DNA of 64,000 nt, from positions 119,412,001-119,476,000 of the forward strand of contig OX597818.1 in assembly GCA_951406725.2 (NCBI GenBank). Direction: 5' to 3'. The notes under the pieces are model-generated. The model was given only the letters and a program-made list of their open reading frames with translations. It searched no databases and had not been told where the DNA came from. Every line of letters begins with the position of its first letter. Within the stretch, counting starts at the first letter, position 1. This document shows positions 54,855-64,000 of this stretch, one piece after another. This DNA comes from Octopus vulgaris. Its lineage: Eukaryota. Position numbers and translations under genes: made by a program.

Positions 54855-55674
54855 ATGATGCCTGCCCCCTCATTATCGAGTATGGCCATTGCACGAAGCT
54901 TAACTGTTATTGGTGCTGTGATCGAATTTGACTTTTTAGCCCAGTTAAAGATCTACAATGTCTTGTACAGAATTGGCAACTAAAATCTTTACCGGTAATA
55001 GCCGGCTGTAGTTGTAACTGGGCTTCATGTACCTTTGCATGTCGTTTGAATCTTCCTGCCGAATTACACTCTCTTCCACTTGCCTGACAGATACGATTAG
55101 TATGGTGTGTAATACCACCACCAGTGGCCAGGTTGTCACTCATCTGTTTCGCTGAAGATGACTCTTGTGTCCAGCTTTACTGAGGTAGGGTCTTGCACAG
55201 ACACTGCATGTCAGCATCAAAGGAAGACCCTTCCCATCTGGAAGTGTAACAGCGATGCCCTTCCTGATATCCGTCCTTACTTTCTCATGCGCAACTCGAG
55301 ATTTCTCAAAAGTAGCTGTCCCCTCGTGCACAATCCTTCTCCACCTGCTACGATCAAAAGCTATGCCCTCCCATGTGTCAGGAGAGACGCAAGCATCTCT
55401 TAAGGAAGCCTTCAGCAAGTCCTTATACCTCTTTTTTGGTTTATGTGGAGGTCGTTCTCCTTTAGCTAACTCTCCATAAAAGAGTTGTTTTGGCATCCTT
55501 GAATCATTCATCCTGACCAGATGACCACTCCATCTGAGCCTTTGCTTTAACACAAGAGCTTCTATACTTTCGCACCGAGAGCCTTCCAATATTTCCCGCT
55601 TAATGCCCACGTTCCAGTTGTTTAAGGTGGCATCGATATGTGACCCACGTCTTGCAGGCATAGAGAAGAGAAGA
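54855..55674 (-). mobile_element. RTE-clade LINE 3' fragment inside (TACA)n
   Basis: LLYACKTW (alternative frame), RLRWSGHLVRMNDSRMPKQLFYGEL, DRSRWR, then C2H2-like motifs. Confidence 0.9.
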
Positions 55675-55764
55675 TACATACATACATACATACATACATA
55701 CATACATACATACATACATACATACATACATACATACATACATACATACACGCAGACAGACAGA

Positions 55765-56125
55765 AAAAGAAATAACTGGTGGAATATCCCAGTGAAAACC
55801 TCAATAAAATGTTAACACAATAGTCCTCATATAATGATCTGGGACAGAGAAGAGAAACTGTGCCTTGTGGATGTTAACATAACGCTAAAGATCAGCGAAA
55901 AGGAGAATACCTACGCTGAACTATTGAGCAATCTGCAGGTTCTCTATCCAGATTACAAGTTCAGTTTTTACTTGTAATTATTAGGTCACTGGAATATGTA
56001 ACACACTGCTTAAATATTAATCTTGGAAATTAGGCTTCTCAAAACCAGACAAGCGAAAGCTGATTAGAAGATCCACCACCGAAATTGTAAAAATCTGTAA
56101 TACTTTCCAGTTTATCATTTAAGTA
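55765..56125 (+). mobile_element. RLE-type (R4/Dong-like) non-LTR 3' fragment next to (TACA)n
   Basis: WWNIPVKT..HNSPHIMIWD (cf. HNRPDI), KENTYAEL. Confidence 0.6.
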
Positions 56126-56432
56126 TATATGAACATGACTAGATATGTAACTATATGCATGAGAATAAATATAGAAAAAATACATACTTAAAACAAATAC
56201 GATCATACAGGCATACATTCATACGTACATAAATACATATATATATATATAGATAGATGGAGTTTTTATACGTGAGCTAACCCATGAGTTCCCCTAGCAA
56301 TAAGTGGTTTCTACGATGAAGAATTATGTCACTTTTTATCCTGGGTGTTTTTTCTAGCAAATTGTCAGCTTCCTACGTGTTTACATGTCTCCACTACTAA
56401 TGAATCCTTTTCAATGAAAGATACACACACAC

Positions 56433-56471
<39 letters not shown>

Positions 56472-56486
56472 TTCTCTTTCTCTTTT

Positions 56487-57026
56487 CTCTTTTACTTGTT
56501 TCAGTCATTTGACTGCGGCCATGCTGGAGCACCGCCTTTAGTCGATTAAATCGACCCCGGGACTTATTCTTTGTAAGCCCAGTACTTATTCTATCGGTCT
56601 CTTTTGCCGAACTGCTAAATATATATATATATTTACTATTATACTTGTTTCTGTCATCTGACTGCGGCCATGCTGGAGCACCGCCTTTAGTCGAGGAAAT
56701 GGACCCCTGGAATTATTCTTTGTGAGTCTAGTACTTATTCTATCGGTCTGTTATACCGAACCGGCATGTTACGGGGACGTAAACACACGACTATCGGTTG
56801 TCAAGCGATGTTGGGGGGGGGACAAACACAAACACACAAACATACACACACATACATATATGCATATATGCGACGGGCTTCTTTCAAGTTTCCGTCTACC
56901 AAATTCACTCACAAGGCTTTGGTCGGCCCGAGGCTACAGTAGAATACACTTGCCCAAGGTACCACACAGAGTGACTGAACCCGGAACCATGTGGTTGGTA
57001 AGCAAGGTACTTACCACTCCTGCGCC
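56487..57026 (-). mobile_element. SINE family A: 3' fragment plus full copy
   Basis: Two consecutive family matches (56487-56617 and 56636-57026). Confidence 0.88.
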
Positions 57027-57096
57027 AATCTATCTATCTATCTCTCTCTCTATATATATATATATATGCATGCATGTATGTATGTATGTATGTATG

Positions 57097-57186
<90 letters not shown>

Positions 57187-58069
57187 CATGATTTTTTAAA
57201 TTCTCTCTCTCTTTATTTTCTCTCATTCATTTCTGTTGAAGAGGTAGGCTCGAAACGTAAAAGACTTTTTCATTTTCCCCAAGCGTCAAATTAGTATATT
57301 TGTTATTCATACACCTGTCTCCGTCTTTTGTTTTACTAGAAATTTCAGCTATATATATGTGTGTGTGCGCGTGTGTGTGTGAGTGTGTGTGTGTACATGT
57401 GCGTGTGTGTGTGCGTGTGCGTGTGCGTGTCTCTGTGCGCGCGCGTGTGTGTGTACGTGTGTGTGTTTGTTTGTGTGTGTGTGTGTGTAGAGTTTGAAGT
57501 GGTATACAGATTCCGTATATTGAGAAAAAGGAGGCAGTCACGATTTTTGATAATTCTTTATTGGCGCTTTCCTTCATTTATCGAACTCCTCAAGACAAAA
57601 TCAAAATTAAAAATAGTAGAAAGAAAATGTTTCTTTCCTCATTTATCTGAATCGGATGCTTTTATGCATTGTTTAGAAGTGAAGAATAATGTTTTTGTTC
57701 CTGCTTTTGGTAGGGTGATCGAGGGAAAGAGAGAAAGAAAAGCAAAGGGGGTGAAATAGACAGAGAGAGAGAGAGATGTTTCAGAACAATCAAGAAAAGG
57801 AGAAAAATAATGAAGGATGGGGAAAATATAGATAGATACATAGATAGACAGTGATAGAGAGTGAGAGAAAGAGAAAGAGGTCAGTCTCTTTTCAATTTGA
57901 TGTGGCCAATTAATTGAAATTTCATTACAAAGCATTTTTCATTTTCTTTCTCCTTTCTTTCCTTTTACTTCCATTGTATACCTTTCAACATATTTGTAAA
58001 TAAGCACATTTTCTAACAAGGGGTGGGGTTGACCTTTCAGGATGTCACTTTTAGGAAGTAGGATGAAAA

Positions 58070-58498
58070 AAAAAGAAGAAAGAAGAAGAGAAAGAAGAGG
58101 AAGGAGGAGGAAGAGGAGTAAGAGGAGAAGTAGAAAAAGCACAAGAAGAATGAGGAGGAGGAGGAGGAGGAGGAGAAGAAGAAGAAGAAGAAGAAGAAGA
58201 AGAAGAAGAAGAAGAAGAAGAAGAAGAAGAAGAAGAAGAAGATGAAGACGAAGGAGGAGAGGAGGAGGAGAAGAAGAAGAAGAAGAAGAAGAAGAAGAAG
58301 AAGGAGAAGAAGAAGAAGAAGAAGAAGAAGATGAAGACGAAGGAGGAGAGGAGGAGGAGAAGAAGAAGAAGAAGAAGGAGAAGAAGAAGAAGAAGAAGAA
58401 GAAGAAGAAGAAGAAGAAGAAGAAGAAGAAGAAGACGAAGGAGGATGAGGAAGGGGAGGAGAAGAAGAAGAAGGAGAAGAAGAAGAAAAAAGAAGAAA
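58070..58498. repeat. (AGA)n/(GGA)n purine tract
   Basis: Direct reading; explains the poly-Arg ORFs. Confidence 0.97.
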
Positions 58499-59152
58499 AT
58501 TAATTCAATATATATACATACGTGTTTATCAATATCGCGGGGAAATTACTCCCACATTTTTTTTCTAAAGTTCTATTCCTGTAGAATTTAATATAAATCT
58601 ATTATAGAACAATATCTAACTGCTCTCTACAGTTCTTGGAGCATAAATTTTTTAAGTAATCCTTTAATTTTGTTGGCAAAACAAGCAGGAAGAAGAAACT
58701 GAATGGACAGTCAATGGAGTAATCGAAGTTTGGTAATTGAAGTTAAGACGCGGTCCGATAGGAGCAATAAAATATAAATAAGAAGAAAACAAAATAACTA
58801 TCCTGAAAATAATGGCACCATTCAAGGATAGTTTTGAAAAAAGAAATTACATAAAATAGAACTTTAAGTATTCCTTTATTAAATACGGCTTCCATTTTTT
58901 TTTTGAGACTAACTAAAGATAAACACAGAAACTAATAACTTGATCAATATAATACATGTGCCAAATGTAGCCAAGCTTGGTGAAATCCATAGAAAGAGAA
59001 GATGATAAATAAGCGCCTAAATATCGATGTTTGTTTGTGCGTATGTGGAGGATTGTGTGTGCGTGTGTGGAGGATTGTGTGTGCGTGTGTGAGGGATTGT
59101 GTGTGCATGTTTGAGTGTTTATGCGTGTGTGCGCGTGCGTGTGTATATGTGC

Positions 59153-59195
<43 letters not shown>

Positions 59196-59392
59196 ATATA
59201 TATATACGTGTATGTGTATGTGTGTGTACGCATATATATCCGTTTCGGAATAGTGAATCTTGAATGAAATAAGCTATAATTAATAGCACAATAGCGTGTA
59301 AAAACTGGGTTAAAATACGTTTACACTTATCGAGAAAAGAAATATTTCACGTCGAAATTTATAAACACTTCTGACGTCAATAACACGCACAA

Positions 59393-59710
59393 ACATGACC
59401 ATGGGATTGCACCTAGAAAGTTACCCTCCGAGGCACAAGTCCGGGCAAGGTTGTTTGTGGAAGGCCAGCAGTCGCCCACGCATACCGGCCTCCCCTCTCC
59501 ACGCCACCGATCTCATCCAATAGAAAGGCAAAGGCCGATACAGCTTGGCACCTGTAACGTCGCAACTCATTTCTACAGCTGAGTGATCTGGAGCAACGTG
59601 AAATAAAGTGTCTTGCTCAAGAACACAACACGCAGCCCGGTTCAGGATTCGAACTCACAGCTTCCCCGTCGTAAGCTCGACGCTCTAACCACTGAGCCAT
59701 GCGCCTTCAC
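59393..59710 (-). mobile_element. SINE family D
   Basis: Reverse complement of 11087-11421. Confidence 0.9.
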
Positions 59711-59724
59711 TGTATGTATATATG

Positions 59725-59791
<67 letters not shown>

Positions 59792-59878
59792 GTATATATA
59801 TATATGTATATTTATATATAATAGAAATATTAAAATTACTAAGTCTCTATAAAAGAGATTATGGCAGCGTTTACTGGA

Positions 59879-60175
59879 AATTAATTGTTATCGACATATT
59901 AATATGGCATTCTTATAGATATAAGAATAATCGCTGCCATGGTCAGCTCCATGAGGCCACCGCCATCAAGATAGCTATTGATACACGATCTGTATCCATT
60001 ATAACCTTCGGACTGGCAGTGTGAAGCGGCTGACCTCCTTGTTCGAAGGTTATAATGGATACAGATCGTGTATCAATAGCTATCTTAATGGCGGTGGCCT
60101 CATGGAGCTGACCATGGCAGCGATTATTCTTATATCTATAAGAATGCCATATTAATATGGCGATAACAATTAATT
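59879..60175. repeat. Inverted repeat, 132-bp arms, 33-nt spacer
   Basis: Arms 59879-60010 and 60044-60175; two mismatches seen. Confidence 0.95.
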
Positions 60176-60202
60176 ATTTATATATATGTATGTATGTATA
60201 TG

Positions 60203-60281
<79 letters not shown>

Positions 60282-60480
60282 TTGTTTAAATAAAAAGAAT
60301 AGAATAAAAAATAAGATACAATTAATTAAAATATTTAAAACAAATATATATATAAATAAAACACAAAATATGCATTAAGTGAAAACTAAATACTATAATT
60401 TAATCTATGTACATTAAATTAATCTACAAGCATTTTGGGGAAATTTTCCGTTTATTAATTGCCCTCTTTCGTTGTAACTC

Positions 60481-60800
60481 GCACACCGTCGGTTACGACG
60501 AAAAGTGTTCCAGTAAATACGATCAACGGATAAACCTGTTTGTGAAATGAGTATGCTAGTGGTTCAGTACAACACAGACGCGTGTACAATTAATATAGTT
60601 CTTAAGGAGGTCCAACATGACACAGAATGGGACAAGACTGACTCTTTGAATTGCAAGCCCAACTCATTTTTTGCAAGCTGAGTTGACTGGAGCAACGAGA
60701 AATAATGTGTCTTGATCAAGGACACTACGCGCTGATGGGAAGCGAACATACGCCCTTATGATCATGAGCTGAATATCCTTAACCACTAAGCTACACACCT
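60481..60800 (-). mobile_element. Old SINE with family D-like head and family C type-1 tail
   Basis: CCGTCGGTTACGACGA tail as at 13527; GCTGAGTTGACTGGAGCAACG..GAAATAA..GTGTCTTG as in family D. Confidence 0.7.
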
Positions 60801-60963
60801 TCTTTGTAACACTGCACACTTAAAACGAAATATTTTGTGTCGCCTCACTATAGAATCCAGAAAACTGCCTTAACAAGAAACGTATAAGAAATGGAGATCG
60901 CCTGCCAGAAGTTTTAGTAGTATTACTGGGCTGTCTTCTACGCAGCTTCTCTCAACACAGTTT

Positions 60964-61450
60964 CTCTTCTTCTTCTTCTTAATCCTTTTTGCCATTTGTG
61001 GAGCATAGGGTCTCAACAGTTGTTTTCCACTTTTTGCGGTCATTGGCGTGTTTCTTGGCTATTTCCCATGTCAGGCCGGTGGTCCTGAGCTCGTCCAAAA
61101 TGCTCCACTTCCATGTCTGGTTAGGGCGTCCTCGCTTTCTTTTCCCTTGCGGGTTCCAGTCAAGTGCTTGTCGTGTCACATTTGAGGGTTCTTTCTGCAG
61201 TGTGTACGATCCATCTCCATTTCCTTCGTCTGATCTGAACATGCATTGGGCTCCTGGTTGGCCCTTTCCCACAGGTTGGTGTTTGGCACTCTGTCGAACC
61301 ACTTCAGATGGAGGATCTGCCGGAGACATTTGTTGATGAAGGTCTGGAACTTCTTGTAGTTGCTGCAAGTGGCTCTCCATGTTTCAGAGGCATACAAAAG
61401 CACAGATTTTACGTTTGAACTAAACAAGCGGAGTTTTGTTCGAGTTGAGA
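60964..61450 (-). mobile_element. RTE-clade LINE 3' fragment with (AAG)n tail
   Basis: SNVKSVLLYASETW, FINKCLRQIL, ALDWNPQGKRKRGRP; frameshifted. Confidence 0.9.
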
Positions 61451-61939
61451 TGGCAATTTCTAGCTAACCTTAACTTAGTTGAGTTACAGTATATCACTTG
61501 CCGAAATTCCTACGCAGTGGGATCTAATCCGGAGAGCAAGCTGCGAAAATAACTTCCCACACATTGGTTCATATAAATAAACTACTTAAAAAGTTTATTG
61601 TGGCTAGTAACAAATTTTATATTCAGATTGACACATTCTGAATAACGCTGTGCAATAATGAAATATTAATGCGTAGAGTAACGACTTCATTTTTGGTTAG
61701 CTATTATTACAAAAAAATCTTTATGTTTGGCAGAAAAATCTTTACGATCTTGAACTGTTCAATATTGCTATGTATATTAAGACTCACTTGAGACAGATTC
61801 ATCAAGTTATTATTTTGTATATGTTTGTCACATTACTGGTTGCACATATATTGTGCTATTTGCTGCTACTTAAATTATGGTAGATTTATACAGCGATGAG
61901 ATTGTTGCAATGTCCATTTAGATTCTATGTTAAAAAATC

Positions 61940-61968
61940 TATTTTCGTGTTATTTTTTTTCTTTGCAG
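61940..61968 (+). promoter_or_regulatory. Candidate 3' splice acceptor
   Basis: TTATTTTTTTTCTTTGCAG|G in repeat-free sequence. Confidence 0.5.
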
Positions 61969-62499
61969 GATTAAAACGTGATCATTACCTAACACAGTTA
62001 TTTATGTTTGAAAGAGCAAAATTTTCTCTAACATATCCTGATTGATTTATTGAATCATGAGATAAAAATCATTAAATTATATGAAGAGAATCGGAAAGAT
62101 ATTTTTTTTCATGCAGTGACTGAAAACACTGACTTAGCAGAATGTTAATCGACCGGTTCGCTGAAGTGAAGAAAAAAACTAGCCATTATTATTTCTGTGT
62201 ATTTAATAATACTGCTGAAACTTCTGGCAGGCGATCTCGATTCGCAATGCATGTCTTGTTAATGTAGTTTCCTGGATGCTGGAGCGAGGCGATATGGGAA
62301 ATTACGTTTTGAATGTGCGGAGTTAGAAAGAAAGAGAGTAATTAATAAACAGGAATTTACCCAAAAAGTTAGTGGATTATGTGCAGGTTAAGATAGTGAA
62401 ATTAAAAGAGAGATGCATTTGGCTTAAGCAGGTCGTACTCGACTAGAAATTAAAATAGAAGAGTAGATTGTATTAGCAGCGGAAAGGAACGCTATATAT

Positions 62500-62706
62500 A
62501 CTCTTTTACTCTTTACTCTTTTACTTGTTTCAGTCATTTGACTGCGGCCTTTAGTCGAGCAAATGGACCCCGGGACTTATTCTTTGTAAGCCTAGTACTT
62601 ATGCTATCGGTCTCTTTTGTCGAACCGCTAAGTGACGGGGACGTAAACACGCCAGCATCGGTTGTCAAGCAATGCTAGGGGGACAAACACAGACACACAA
62701 ACATAT

Positions 62707-62739
<33 letters not shown>

Positions 62740-62909
62740 CATATATACGACAGGCTTCTTTCAGTTTCCGTCTGCCAAATCCACTCACAAGGCATTGGTC
62801 GGCCCGGGGCTATAGCAGAAGATACTTGCCCAAGATGCCACGCAGTGGGACTGAACCCGGAACCATGTGGTTGGTAAGCAAGCACTCTTACCACAGAGCC
62901 ACTCCTGCG

Positions 62910-62911
<2 letters not shown>
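62500..62911 (-). mobile_element. SINE family A
   Basis: Family match, full length. Confidence 0.9.
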
Positions 62912-62956
<45 letters not shown>

Positions 62957-62986
62957 GTGTGTGTGTGTGTGTGTCTATCTGTATAC

Positions 62987-63045
<59 letters not shown>

Positions 63046-63059
63046 CATATATATATATA

Positions 63060-63203
63060 CTCTCTTACTTGTTTCAGTCATCTCACTGCGGCCATGTCGA
63101 GCAAATCGACCCCAGGACTTATTCTTTGTAAGCCTAGTACTTATTCTAAACATACCACCATCGGTTGTCAGGCGATGTTGGGGGACAAACAGAGACACAA
63201 ACA
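63060..63203 (-). mobile_element. SINE family A, 3' half
   Basis: Family match with deletions, running into (TA)n. Confidence 0.8.
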
Positions 63204-63207
63204 TATA

Positions 63208-63312
<105 letters not shown>

Positions 63313-63847
63313 AGTAAAATTAATTAATTAATTAATAATTAATCATTTACCAAATAGTTCGGTATGTTAAAAGAACCATTATCGGTAAAATTAAACAAAA
63401 TTTTTTATAATTATGAGTATAATTATAATTAGGGTTCAGCAAAAAAATTGTTTCACCACGTAACGAAATTTAGAAATAGCAGTTAAAACTAGCTATTTCT
63501 CTACCATACGAAAGTCTCCCAGACAACGATGCTCAACAACCCATGCAGGCAAAGAGAAAAAAAGGACGAACTCACCCGACTTTGATTAACTGTAGGCGCG
63601 TTTCGGAGTTAGATGTGAGAAATGCAAAAACCACATTTCCACTCCATCCTTCTCACTCTTCAGTGAGATTCAAGATTTTAAATTTGAGAGTACTATAAAA
63701 ATTAAACATACATATCTGACCAAGCGTCATCAGACAACATACGTTTAACAACCAGTACTTCCAAATTCAAACAGACGGACAAGATACTCATAATTATAAA
63801 ATATTTTGTTTAAGTTTAAGGCTGTGGCTTTTCTGGATACGAAATCA

Positions 63848-63943
63848 TGTATGTATGTATGTATGTATGTATGTATGTATGTATGTATGTGTGTTTGTAT
63901 GTATGTATGTATGTATGTACGTATGTATGTATGTATGTATGTA
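63848..63943. repeat. (TATG)n microsatellite
   Basis: Direct reading. Confidence 0.97.
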
Positions 63944-64000
63944 TAATGTGAGAACGTATAGCGTGAAACCGTATGAGTTTTTCAAGCAACAGTATAAAAT

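Noticed and set aside
58042-58591. Protamine-like poly-Arg ORFs
   Set aside because: Pure (AGA)n/(GGA)n microsatellite with no gene context.

Overview
AT-rich, repeat-saturated animal genomic DNA, probably an octopus or other coleoid cephalopod (inferred from the recalled look of the tRNA-derived SINEs and the extreme microsatellite density; no search was run). I can support no intact protein-coding gene. Nearly all listed ORFs are translations of microsatellites or SINEs. The window holds four tRNA-headed SINE families with swapped modules, Penelope-like (PLE) remnants, R4/Dong-like, RTE and Tx1/L1-like LINE fragments, mariner and maT DNA transposon relics, non-autonomous Helitron-like elements, and two strong + strand splice acceptors (9468/9469 and 61968/61969) suggesting host exons. 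The best leads are: (i) three insertions with an inverted 5' arm (30900-31364, 52003-54160, 59820-60175), the largest with a fold-back hairpin at its junction; (ii) several hammerhead-ribozyme-like motifs in fragments next to (TA)n, including core variants; (iii) a TSD-flanked RTE-derived short element whose 5' end resembles an HDV-like ribozyme; (iv) a SINE carrying its own microsatellite that other elements insert into. These extend known phenomena and are unverified. Coordinates were read by eye and element ends may be a few bases off.
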